A DNA stretch of 64,000 nucleotides, taken from the NCBI RefSeq assembly GCF_036321535.1, contig NC_087437.1, positions 88,290,001 to 88,354,000 of the forward strand, in the 5' to 3' direction. The notes beneath the pieces are model-generated. The model worked only from the letters and a program-made list of their open reading frames with translations, was not told where the DNA came from and did not search any database. The position numbers and the translations under genes were made by a program. Positions 11,410 to 22,999 of the stretch are shown here, in pieces. Numbering within the stretch: the first letter of the stretch is position 1; each line of letters starts with the position of its first letter. The stretch comes from Camelus dromedarius. Lineage: Eukaryota.

Positions 11410-11941
11410 AGTTTTTTACTTTATTTTTTATTTAAGTATAGTCAATTTACGCTGTATTAATTTCTGGTGTATGTCATAGTGATTCACTTATAAATATATA
11501 TATATTCCTTTTCGTATTGTTTTTCATTATAGGCATTGGTATTGAATGCCTATAATCAAGGTATTGAATATAGCTACCTGTGTTATATAGTAGGACCTTG
11601 TTTATCTATTTTATACTTAGTAGTTAGTATCTGCAAGTCTCGAACAGCCAAATTTATTCCTCCCCACACTTTTCCCCGCTGGTAACCATAAGTTTGTTTT
11701 CTGTGTCTGTGTCTGTTTTGTAAGTAAGTTTATTTGTGTCCTTTTCTTTCCTTCTTTTTTTTAGATTCCACATTTAAGTGATAACTTACTGTATTTTTCT
11801 TTCTCTTTCTGGCTTACTTCACTTAGAATGACAGTCTCCAGGTCCATCCATGTTGCTGCAAATAGCATTATTTTATTCTTTTCTATGGCTGAGTAGTACT
11901 CCATTGTATAAATATACCACAACTTCTTCATCCAGTCATCT
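11410..11941 (-). mobile_element. L1 3' end (ORF2 C-terminus plus 3' UTR)
   Basis: Translation WMKKLWYIYTMEYYSAIEKNKIMLFAATWMDLETVILSEVSQKEKEKY is the L1 ORF2 C-terminus; T-rich tail on the + strand. Confidence 0.93.
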
Positions 11942-12130
11942 GAAGTATAGTTGATGTACAATATTACATGTTACAGGTGTGCAATAAGTGATTTACAATT
12001 TTTAAAGGTTATACTCCATTTATAGTTATTATAGAATATTGGTGATATTCCCTGTGTTGTACAATATATCCTTGTAGCTTATTTTATACATAATAATTTT
12101 TACCTCTTGATCCCCTACTTTTGTATTTTT
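11942..12130 (-). mobile_element. Second, adjacent L1 3' UTR end
   Basis: gaagtatagttgatgtacaatattac...tttttaaaggttatactccatttatagttatt. Confidence 0.85.
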
Positions 12131-12589
12131 TGATGTGCTCTGAGGCTCTGGTTCTACAGGTATGATGTATTCATATTATATAATGACTAAAACCTAAAAT
12201 AGGACTTTCAACTTAAAATTATGGTTATATAATTACACACTTGGAATTTTGTAGTTAAAATAAAATGATTTAGGTTCAACACAATTGAAAACATTATATA
12301 TGTTTCTGATATTTGATCCAGGTATTTCTAATTTCTATGGAGAGGACAGAATGCCTGCTTTCTTATCATGAATTGAATTATTCTCAATATCCACTAGCTT
12401 TAAGTCTGACTTTAGCTATTTAAAGATGTCACAGCATCCAGGTGGAAAAACAAATTCTTTAAGGGAGAGAGAGAAAGATTATATTTTTTTAGAAAGACCT
12501 CTAAAGATGATAGCAAGGAGAATTTTCTGATATCATATTCCTAAATATGCTTTTTCTACCATGGTACTTCTGGAGCTGTGGCACAGCTG

Positions 12590-12745
12590 TTATATATATG
12601 TCTGACATATATAAAATATGTCATAAATTGTGCACATATGCCATATATGTATACACATATATGACAGATGTGTATATGTGACATATGTGTATATGTCACA
12701 CATGTATGATAACTGAGCCACAGCTCTATGATTCATATATATACA
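12590..12745. repeat. TA/TG/CA-rich low-complexity tract
   Basis: tatatatatgtctgacatatata...gtgtatatgtgacatatgtgtatatgtcacac. Confidence 0.7.
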
Positions 12746-12749
12746 AACA

Positions 12750-14960
12750 GAACTTTTTTTATTGATATAATTTACATACAATAAACTGCACATATTTAAA
12801 GTGTATAAAGTAATAAATTTGTTTAAAATTGAAAAGTGATTAAGTTTTGACATAGGTGTTAAACTCATGAAACTCACAATCAAGGTGATGATTCATCCCT
12901 GACTTCCAAAATTTCCTTCTGAACCTTGGTAATTTCTCCCTTACTCTCCTTTTCATGCCTCCCTTCCCAGGCAACAATGGACCTGCTTTCTATCACTGTA
13001 ATTCTTGCTTGCATTGCTTCTGATGAGAACTCTGCCATCACCTTATCTTTACTTCTCTCTATGTAGTATATCTTTCTTTTTCTGGGTGCCTTTGTTTTTC
13101 TCTGTCATACTGGTTTTTGGTAGTTTGATTATTATGTGCCTTGTTTTAGTTTTCTTCATTTATTTTATTTTCCCTAGGAGTTTATTAAACTTGTTGGATA
13201 TGAGAATTTTTAGTTAAAGCAAATTTGGAAAAATATTGTTCATTATTTACTGAACACTTTTTTCCTCTAACATTCATATTAGGCTTCTTGAAGGTATCCT
13301 ACGCTGATGCTCTGTTCATTTTCTTTGATTCTATTTTTTCTCTCTGTAATTCTCTTGCTTTAATCCACCTTCCCGACTGTGAGCTACATGGACCGGTGTC
13401 AGTATTCCTCTAAATCAAAGGAAAAGTTCTTTTCCCCAAGTCATCTTGTTATAAGCCAATAATATTACACAGAATAGTGACTGTGATACAATTAATTTAA
13501 TTATTCTCTAATTGATGGGCTTTTAAGATGTTAACTTTTTTGTCACCACAGGTTTTTCTAGAACAGCTGTTTCTAGAAACAGCTTTGTAAATATATTCTT
13601 AAGCATTAATTTACATTTCTGAGTTGTTGGGTCAAAGGATAATGTGTATTCTTCAAAAAAGTTTTATCAATTTGGAATCCCACTAGTAAGGTATGAAAAA
13701 GCAATTTTTATTCCACTCATCTGTCAGCATTAAATGAAATAGCACTTTCATTTTTCTAAATTGATAACTGAAATATGATGCACACTGTTGCTGTAATCTG
13801 CATTTCCCTGAATAATACCAAGGTTGAGGCTCTTGCCCTATGTTGATTCTCAGTTGTTTGGGTTTCTGTTTCTTGAGTGGCCCTTTCTCTTTACAGATGA
13901 ATCATAATATCAGTTTGACTTTTTTTCCTTTTTATATGGGTTTTTAAGACAGTGTTCCTTAATGTCTAAGTATTTTGTTAATATTTTTCTATTTTTCCCA
14001 TTGATGAATGAAAGGATAAACAAAATGTGGTCCATCTATATACAATGGAATACTATTCTTTGGATAATAAAATACCCAGATGTAAAATTGCCATATCATG
14101 TGGAAATTCTATTTTTATTTATTTTTTTGAGGAAACCCCATTCCATTTTTCATAATAACTGAACCACTTTACATTCCTATTAATAGTATACAATGCGTCC
14201 AATTTTTCTACATTCTTACCAACACTTATCTTTTTTTTTTTCGATAATGGTCACTCTTGAGAAACTTTGTACTAAGGTAATCTAAGTGGGATACTTGTTG
14301 GAACCTCTCCATGTCTGTGTTTTTAGGTCTTTCCTCTTAGGCTTGTCAGATTTCCTAGAGAAAATTCTTCTAATAATCTGTGTGTAGACTAACAGTTTGA
14401 CTATCAGCTTTTTGAGTGTCAAATTGTAGAGAGAATATGGGGTCCTCAGCATTTAGCATTCAGAATACATATGTTCACTAATCCCTCTATTTTCGGGATA
14501 AAGCCAGATCCTCAACTGTATCTAGCATATTCTGCCACAAAGGCTCTTTACTATACCGTCTTTAATGACTGTATTTCCAGAAAAAATAGAGAGGGTAAAG
14601 GAATTGGTGGGAGAGGGCTTTATCCAGGAGTTTAAGATGGCAATCCAGATGCCATTCAACTTCACCCAATCCTCTTGACATTTCTGCTTCCTTGTCCCGC
14701 CTCAGTTATAGAGGTATCTGGTGCTACAGATCCAAGAAATGTCTGAGCATTCTGTGGTATAAACTGGATTATTTCTCAACTTCACTTGCTGAATTAAGTT
14801 TTCTAGATATTCTGTATCCATCACCTGTTCTCTCCTTTGTTTTCTGTTGTATACTTTGCTGTTCTTCCATGCTTACTGGGTATGTCTTTACAATCCCTTG
14901 TGGTAGATTTATTGGATTTTCAGGAGGAAGTGACATTAGTGCAAAAATTCAAAGTTCAAT
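12750..14960 (-). mobile_element. Cluster of old L1 (L1MB/MC/ME-type) fragments, mostly antisense
   Basis: tttttattgatataatttacatacaataaactgcacatattt (L1 3' end, antisense) and ORF1-like antisense text at 13000-13330. A short sense piece at ~14000-14060 abuts an antisense piece. Confidence 0.7.
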
Positions 14961-15313
14961 TTAAATGCCAGAATTTTATCTGAGGAAATATAGAGGACAT
15001 TTGTTTCCTCCAATTTCGTCTGAAAAATGCCTGCTGCATGTTTTACAGAGTCGGCTTCATCTCCTTTTATGTATATAAAGAGCGCTCTCTTCAGTTTATC
15101 TAAGTACTTGGCAATCCCTGCTCACTGCCTCTGAATTCTGCCCATGCTGTGGCCTTGGGTAGGACTGTGTTCTACCAGTCTGCAGGAAGATTATCTCCTG
15201 ATTCAGTTTCTCAGGGAAAAAGAATTCCTCTTTGAGTTTGTATATGGCTGACATCACTCCTCCTCTGTAAGTCTTTTAAATATTCTTCCAGGTCACAGTA
15301 GCTCAGGGTGCTC
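14960..15313 (-). pseudogene. Pseudo-exon STLSYCDLEEYLKDLQ.../KLKEEFF.../GIAKYLDKLKRALFIYIKGDEADSVKHAAGIFQTKLEETNVLY
   Basis: Acceptor gattgactag| at 15313; protein-like text across two frameshifts and a TGA; the end abuts L1-derived DNA. Confidence 0.6.
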
Positions 15314-15872
15314 CTAGTCAATCATTTCATGTTCAGTGTAACATGAACTGTAAAAGCTTAGGACAAATTAATCTAAATGCTTGAACTTCAGACATTAGGT
15401 GAGGAAAATTGTGAGATGAAAGTCATTTCAATGTCTTTCAAATTATGGAATACAAATGACAGCTGACTCTCTTTTCAGAAGAACATCTGTTTTATATGTG
15501 TGTGTATGTGCATGTGTTTAAATTTCTGCCTAAGTGGGGAAGTTTTCTTTCTACTTGCATGAACTTTTGGATAACAATGCAAATTTGTTGGTTTAAAAAA
15601 ATCTGCCTCATGAGATGCCATGTCTGATACATACACACAGCATGCATATATCATATACATTTACATAAAATCTTCCTGTGCTATTGGAAATGTGTAAGAG
15701 AAATTATGGGTAATCATTAAGACTTCTCTCTCTCAGGAGTAAATTGGGAATATTGTAGTTTCTGTTATTTATATTTGCCTTCTAACTCAGCCCCTAGAAA
15801 GTGCAGAGGAGTTATAACTAAAGCTCTCTTTAATTAATTTTGATGCTCATGCGTCAAAGTTTTGGGATCCTC

Positions 15873-16075
15873 TTAGCAGAGTGGAAAACACAGGTCAGAG
15901 AGGAGTTCTCCCACGACTGAGCACATCTCCCTGCACACAAAATCTCCTGTGTCTTTGGCAGTATCTGGTGAGCAGCAGCTGTCCTTGCAGAATTGTGGCA
16001 CTACTTGTAAGAGTAATGGAAGCACCTCGTAGGAAATAGCTGGATCATGTACTAACTGTGAGCCTCTCTGGTCAC
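15873..16075 (-). pseudogene. Pseudo-exon GDQRGSQLVHDPAISYEVLPLLLQVVPQFCKDS...FPLC*
   Basis: Acceptor gttattctgcag|, 66 open codons to TAA; the decayed frame probably continues to ~15530. Confidence 0.55.
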
Positions 16076-17008
16076 CTGCAGAATAACTGAGCTGGGAGAG
16101 GGAGTATGGGATGACCCATTTTCAAGTTGCTGACATTCTTACAGTATTAGGTAGAAGAAACAGTGAAATTTAACTTACTATCAGAAATGTAATAGCTATA
16201 TAAATAGGTTGAGGAAGTCCCAGTTATGCTAAAGGGAGATATGGTTATCAGTCATGAGTACCTTTTTTCTTGGCTGATAATAGTTCTTTCACTACAGAAG
16301 CATTTCCATGATAAGGTATTGTTCTATAGGGTTTATGAACATTTTTTTCCTACTGGGAGAGATCTGTCCTTTTACTTGAATTTCATCATTGCCTATGAAT
16401 ATTTATTTGAATATATGAATATTTCATCATTGCCTATGAAGAGTCTTCCTAGGATTATAGCAAGAAGAACAAACTACTGGGAACATGTAATCAAATTGAA
16501 AGTTGTTTTCCCAGCAAAAAAAAAAAAAAAAAAAAATTAAACATGAAATGTAAAAGACAGTAACATAAGAAAAATACCAACGGCTTAAGAGGAAATCTAA
16601 TAAAATATGTCTAAAAACTTTACAGGGAAAACATTAGTGAGAGAAATTAAAGAAATCTAAACCCTTACAGTTGTGAATATGAAAAATCTAAAATCAATGT
16701 TTTATGCTTCTGCCATAAAAAGCTAGAAAAAGAAGGGGCAAATAGTCTAGAGTAAGTAGAAGAAAAAATAGCAACTAATCCAAAAATTTTCACTGAGCAG
16801 CTGCTTTGTGCTGCTGTAGTATTTAAATGTTGAGCATATATTTGGATTCGCATAGTACTCCCTTCCCTCCCCTCATTCCTACACACAGAAGTGGTGACAC
16901 CCAGGGAAATCCTGCTTCAGTCTCCAAGAACTGTATCAATCCAGGTGCCTAAGTTAGAGGACAAACAGACAATGAGGACAAGAGAGAAGGTGCTGAAGCA
17001 TGACTTAT

Positions 17009-17191
17009 CTTTCTGCCCTACAGATACCCTTTTTAGCCTGTGTCAACTGCCATGGTGTTCTTGATACTTCCCACCATAATGCAACTCAGAAACATTATCA
17101 CACTTCCTGTGGGTGTACTAACACAGCTGCTTATGCTAGATCCATATTTGCTTGTGATTTTCTTTTTTGGCTATGGTCAATCTTTTGAGTT
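17009..17191 (-). pseudogene. Possible pseudo-exon with a dead donor (AAG|ataagt)
   Basis: The donor matches AG|gtaagt except for +1 G>A; stops occur in all frames; the acceptor is uncertain. Confidence 0.35.
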
Positions 17192-17606
17192 TTATAAAAT
17201 ATAGTTTATTTTAGAAATAAACAATTTGTAGTAATTTACCTATCTAGAATCTTGTTATCAGAAATGATAAATTCTATATCTGACTAATAATTTGGGAAAT
17301 TTTGTAGACATTGTCTAATGCTGTAGGACAATGCAAATAAGAGGACTTTCCAACCTATGCATTAAAGTTTGATTTTTAATAACCATACACATTATTTGCT
17401 GTCCAACTCAGTTCTTCAGTCTAATAAACACATCCCTTTCCAGCAGTCTCCAAGTGAATTATCAGTGAGTGCCAGGAGAGAGGTGATTAAGCAATTGTTT
17501 TCTCTCTATAAGGAACTATTAGTTTTTTATTCATTTTTTATTAAAATATTGACAGATTATTCTTTAAGCTTTGCCTCTAACTTTTCCAAAGAAGTATGTA
17601 CATTAC

Positions 17607-17782
17607 TTTTGGGATAAGAAAAAAATTATCTAAAAAGGAAACAAAATGATGAAAAATCAGATTGACAGTTAACTTCATAACACAATTGCTTTGGGTAGTT
17701 CGGACTCTAGAAACTTTATTTCGGAATACTTTATCAACAATAAAGACACTGTTATTCAAAGGTGCTGGTTCACTGCTCAAAC
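17607..17782 (-). pseudogene. Pseudo-exon GLSSEPAPLNNSVFIVDKVFRNKVSRVRTTQSNCVMKLTVNLIFHHFVSFLDNFF
   Basis: Acceptor ctttttatctttcag|, open frame, candidate donor AAA|gtaatg. Confidence 0.5.
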
Positions 17783-18409
17783 CTGAAAGATAAAAAGCAT
17801 GAGAGGAAACAGAAAAAATATTCAGCCACTATATCATATAGAATTGCACTTAATTTTACTTGGTAAAGTAATTTGTATTCATGTTAGTTCATTTAGATGA
17901 CTAACCATGCCATACTGTTGTATTATTAGCATCAACATCTGTGGCCATTGTAAGCCAACCAGACAAATTCAGCATCCAGCTCTTTCTTCTCTCTCCATCC
18001 AAGAAGAGCCAAATAGTGAGGATTACAAGTTGTCATAATAGTTAGGGCTTCAACATGTGAAGAATGTCTCATAAATGCAACAAAAATATTAGCATTTAAC
18101 ACTGAATTTTAGGTGCTTTTAGTTTTTTGAGAGATGAATTTGAAAGAGTGGATGTTCTTTGAAGAAAATTATATTAGAAAGTAATTAAATATTTTATCAT
18201 AGATAGATATACAGGTAAAAAAATAATGAAGAACATGGCATTCCAAATATATTGCAAATCTCATGGTTGGTGACTGAGTGATTAACAAATCTTCATTTAA
18301 AAAAGTGTAGAATGCTTATTTTAGAATATATTGTTTTTCAGCCTACTACATAGGTGAGTGATGGGTCATAGATACAACACTGGTCAAATAATAAGGTTAG
18401 AATCAATAC

Positions 18410-18712
18410 CTATTTAGCCTTCTAACAAATGTATGCTAAAGCCAGGTTTATGTAGCAGACACCGGAGTATACAACAGTGCGTCTTAACATTTTCACTCTC
18501 TTCAGTTCAGGTCAGCATATTCTGAAGGCCTTATTGTTTCAAATTTTTCAACATATCCTAGGCAAGGATATGGGGCCATCTCTGATTAACTCAAATCCTC
18601 TCTTGCAGAAGTCAATCAACCATCTCCAAACAAAACATGAGGAAGTTCCTCAAATACAGAGAGAGGAAGTTCCAGATAATTTGGATTATTTATATTTTGT
18701 AAATCTGAGCTA
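18410..18712 (-). pseudogene. Pseudo-exon SSDLQNINNPNYLELPLSVFEELPHVLFGDG*...GYVEKFETIRPSEYADLN
   Basis: Acceptor acacttacag|; a phase-2 junction with the upstream exon keeps the frame (RERLGH-S-SSDLQ); candidate donor TAG|gtattg. Confidence 0.6.
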
Positions 18713-18871
18713 CTGTAAGTGTAGTCTTTTAGGATCATATAGTTTTGCCCATAAGCAAAGTTGACTTAACAACCTGATTAAAAGTATCTGTGAAATTTCA
18801 TCCATCTACCTCATTGTTCCAACTATTTACACTGAATGAAGCTTTTTTCCATGAAGTGTTTAGTCTCTTAC

Positions 18872-19583
18872 CTGTGACCGAGTCTCTCTCTTATGAGATC
18901 TTTCATTAGAATAGTTACCTTGTTTCTATCCCTATCTGACACTTCCAACCTCTAATTCCCATCCCCCTGGTTATCTGCCTCAGTCGTGGCACCAATTTAA
19001 ATTTCAATTTGCTGCTCTCTCTGGATTTGTATGCTAAGAGAATTCATTAGGGAATGCAATTTGGCACTTGTTTATGGTTTTTTCCCATCAGTCTGATGTG
19101 CCTGGCAGAGATATTTCATCTGTGGTGGCAATGTAGGTCATTTGGAAAGCTGTTAAGAATCTTAAGCAGACTTTTTTGGACAGCAAAGCCATACTACCCT
19201 GGCAGGGGATTTTAATAAAACTTCCAATACCTGTTAGATAAGGTCCTGGGAATGTATGTCTGATTTCCAGGCATTAAGGTTGATATTTCTGTGTTCATTT
19301 AATTCCATTTCTTCTTTTCTCTTGGAACATTACAGGGTGGTTCTTCTGGCAATTTTCAAGTGAAAAAGTTAGAGGCACTGCACAAATCTTCCTTGAAAAG
19401 TACAAGGTAATAGAGATAAATGATGTCTGTGACAACTTTATCTCCATGAAAATGCAATGAAGTTTAGTTCAGCTTCTGAGCTTGTGAGTTCTTAGCTAAT
19501 GAAGATGACTGCAGTTTGCAGAGCAATGAATTATTTTGGAATAAAAAGAGCAGATTTGAAGAAATTCCACTTTAAGTATTAAC
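18872..19583 (-). pseudogene. 712-nt pseudo-exon containing an RGS-like repeat
   Basis: Acceptor ttattccactgtag|, donor CAG|gtaaga. Motifs YYLVLFKEDLCSASNFF, W/FAVQKSLLKILNSF and KVTILMKDLIRERLGH. Confidence 0.6.
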
Positions 19584-19844
19584 CTACAGTGGAATAAATG
19601 TAGAGTAAAAGCTCTGAGATTTACTATCAAGATTGGGAGGTTGTCAGTACTGATACACTCTGAGCCCTACTTTATAGATGCATGAATATGGCCTTCAGGA
19701 AGTAAGTAGTCACCTAGCTTTGTCCTAATTACCTTCAACAGAGGGGGAATTCTGAAATATATGCTTTGCATAGAATTTATTCATGATATACATAAAACAA
19801 TTTTAAGTGTAATTTTGTCATTAGGCACTATGCTCACCACTGAA

Positions 19845-19985
19845 GCCATGGCTCTCAAACTTAAGCTTGTAAACAGATGACCTGAAAGGCTTGTTAAAAT
19901 ATATAGGTGTTTCTGATTCAGTAATCCTCAGCCCAAGTGATGCTGATCTTGCTGGCCCTGGACTATACCTTAAGAACCACGACTC
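19845..19985. mobile_element. MER5-type hAT-Charlie MITE
   Basis: catggctctcaaactt...gtttctgattcagta...gtgatgctgatcttgctgg...taagaaccac. Confidence 0.75.
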
Positions 19986-20212
19986 TAAAAGTACCTTTCA
20001 TATCTTTACTCTTCTAGCAAGCATTTCTTATCTGACTGACTCTGGCTCCCACATCAGCTATTTCTATGATATAGCTCTTATGCTCTAAATATCCACCTGT
20101 TTTTGCATTAATTACACTCTCCACCACTCTCTAGTCCCAGGTTATCCCAATCTCCAACTTCTGAGAATGCTTTATTAGGATTTCTCAGTTATATGGCAAA
20201 TGTATAAAATAG

Positions 20213-20490
20213 CATTCATTCATTTAACAAGTTTTTGGGCTTAGTGTATATACCAAACATTGTTTTAGGCACTGGGTATATGTGGTGGGAAATACAGACA
20301 AGGAATCTACATTCTTGGATTATATAAATTAGTAATGGTGGGGAGATAGCAAACAACTGAATAAACAAGACAGCGTGTGATAAAACAAGGTGATGGAAGT
20401 CAGGGAGATAGACTGGTGGGTATGGAATTTGATATTTTAGAAGGTGATATTTTAAACTAATACCTGAATTGTAAGAACACAATTTCTTGT
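20213..20490 (-). mobile_element. L2 3' fragment
   Basis: cattcattcatttaacaag...ccaaacattgttttaggcactggg. Confidence 0.7.
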
Positions 20491-21693
20491 TTGGGGGAAA
20501 AAATGGCACAAATAAGTTCTAGTTGGCCTCTTCCATTGGAAACATCTCTATTTTAAATCCTCTAAATTCCTCAGTATTTTAATTTTTACACTTTCCTCTT
20601 TGTCCTTTCTAAATGTCCTCTGTTGTACTTTGTTAAGAATAGGAGACCTCTTCAGATAAATAACCTTACTGGAAGTTCTATGCACCTTTTACCTCTGTGT
20701 CTGTTACGCGGTAGAGATGATCCGTATCTTCACTTACTGACTTCTGCTTTCCTCCTATTGAAGTGGGAGAATGAGCTACTTCCTCTCCATAGCTCAGCCA
20801 GCCACTAGTGCCACGATCTTCTTTCCTGTCCTTTTCAATACTACACCTCATCAAGTTTCCCTTGATGAAAAAATGAATTTTTTCCTTTTCATTCTCTTCA
20901 GTTTAGAAACACAATTAATCTCCTATATCTTCTGATCTGTTTATCATCTATCTATCTAGCATCTCTGCGGTAACCTGCCCTTGAACTTGCTACATTTAGT
21001 TACCATTTTGTCACTTTTTTTCCTTTTCCCTAAAACATTTGGAAAATGAAGGAATGGAAAGTGAAACTTTGGAGGTCAGGACAACAGTGCTTATAATTCT
21101 ACTTTTGGAACATGTCAGGTGTAGGAATTTAGGGAATTTCTAGATTAAACTTCCTAAAACACAGAAGTGATTATATTTCTACTCTTTTAAAATATTAACT
21201 ACCACTCAGTTTCTTATAATAAATGTCCAAAGCACTTAGTTTCACCCTTCACTCTGTCTGTAACCTATTTTTCCAATCTTATTTTTTTTTCCCATTCTCA
21301 AAAACTGTGATGAATCAACCATCTGTTTGCTTCTATTTTATATTCATGTATTTCTCTATCTTAGTTTTTATTCAATGATTCTTTATCTGAATTCTTTCCT
21401 ATAAAATTCTAGTAGAACAGATTCTACCCACAGTTTGTTGCAAGCACAACACGAACTCCTCCCCAAATTCCACTTCAGTCTTTCATCTGGAAGTAATATA
21501 TCCATCCATGTTTTGATCATTGGTAGTATTTATTTTGTAATTCCCTTTACATGATCACTTTCTCTCTTATACATATTTGTATATTCACTATAGCTGTTCA
21601 ACATGAGTGTAGATTTCTAGAGGAAAGAAACAGTACCTAATTCATCATTATAATCTTCCAAATGCCTAGTATAATGCCTACCATCTTCAAAGC

Positions 21694-21846
21694 CACTGGT
21701 TCTAAAAGTGTAGATCCTGGACTAGTAGCATCAGTATCATCTGAGTACTTGTTAGAAATGTACTGAATCAGAAACTCTGGGGGTGGGGGCCTGACAATTT
21801 GCACCCTCCAGGTGATTCTGATGATAGCAAAATTTGGGACCCACTC
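21694..21846. mobile_element. MER5A inserted in an L2 3' end (~21200-21895)
   Basis: ctggttctaaaagtg...gcatcagtatcatctgag...gaatcagaaactctggggtggggg...ggtgattctgatg...tttgggacccact. Confidence 0.8.
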
Positions 21847-22237
21847 TTGTATGCATTTGGCAAATATCTGTTGAACAGATGGCTGGATAAACAAAACATG
21901 AATACATTCAGTTGATTTTTAAATAAAACATATGACTGTTACTGTAATTATTTCTGCTGGAAAATGCATAGTGTTGAGATTTGACCATTAAATTATGAAA
22001 CATCTTTGAATTTTGATTAGAACAAATCTGATATGCCGTACTTCCTAGCAATGCTCTCTAACATGCTGCTTTCCTCAAGCACTTTCTCTTAATTCACACA
22101 TTACTTATACACCTGAAAATGTGACTGCTGAAAATTTTTGTAAATGTTTATAAGTAAGTCACTTATTTTAATTCACTGGCAAGATAAAGGATATCTATCA
22201 GGGTCTCTTGATTTTTTCCCCCCAATAAAATAGAGCA

Positions 22238-22382
22238 TTGTGTAATGCTTTGTGAATTGAATGTGCATATGACTCCTGTGAGGAACTTGTTAAAATCTGA
22301 TTCAGTAGGTCTAGGGTGGTGTCTGAGATTTACAAGCTCCCAGGCCCTGCTGCTTGGTTCAGGGACCATCTCATGCAGAGAA
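22238..22382. mobile_element. MER5-type MITE
   Basis: cttgttaaaatctgattcagtaggtctagggtgg...ctgagattt...acaagctcccagg. Confidence 0.7.
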
Positions 22383-22459
22383 GGATAATAGTACAATGTG
22401 GTTTCTAATCTAACATGCCAATTAAAATCACTGTGTAGATAGGGAAGGGGCTTGCGGAT

Positions 22460-22586
22460 TTGGGCAGAAGATGTATCTCCTGGGAGCTTCACTTCCTTCA
22501 TCTGTGAACTACAAATAACGTGTGAAACCTCTAGTATGATGCCTGACTCACAGTAAGCACTCAGTAAAAGGCAACTATTATTATTC
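22460..22586 (+). mobile_element. MIR SINE
   Basis: cttcacttccttcatctgtgaa...gcctgactcacagtaagcactcagtaaa...tattattatt. Confidence 0.75.
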
Positions 22587-22700
22587 AAAGAAAAATTAAT
22601 GGCAAAATTTAAAAGGAGTGTTAGAATATTATGGCTCCAACTGGTAGCAGTGTCTGTGGACTGGTGTGCAGCTGGTTAACCCTGTTCCTGATGCACTCAC

Positions 22701-22861
22701 TCTGGAATGTGAGGACAAAAAAATTGATTTCTGCTGTCAGCAGTTTTATAGCTTCTGCAATTTCAACTTGAGTGCCTGCCATTGACCCAAAGCAGCTGAA
22801 ATCACAGGTGCAACCTTCTGAAAATTGAGCACTTCTGCCACTCCCTGATTATCAGTTATTC
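22701..22861 (-). pseudogene. 161-nt pseudo-exon ITDNQGVAEVLNFQKVAPVISAAL/GSMAGTQVEIAEAIKLLTAEINFFVLTFQ
   Basis: Strong acceptor ctttctttgtttctgttag|, donor AGA|gtgagt; one frameshift. Confidence 0.6.
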
Positions 22862-22999
22862 CTAACAGAAACAAAGAAAGTTGCAACCCATTGACTGAAA
22901 ATTTTGATTTCTTTATTGTGTACGTAAGGACATCTTATCATACTGGCTCCTATCTTGTTGTACAGGTCTGTCAGAAACTGAGATTTAAATAACAAATAT

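Noticed and set aside
18511..18714. Apparent open 204-nt + strand exon (GQHILKALLFQ...; ttcag| ... |gtaagt)
   Set aside because: It is the antisense of a minus-strand pseudo-exon, and its 'donor' is the complement of the minus-strand acceptor ttacag. I recognise no product. It is not fully excluded.
22163..22588. 141-aa ORF
   Set aside because: It runs through MIR and MER5 repeats and is a chance ORF.
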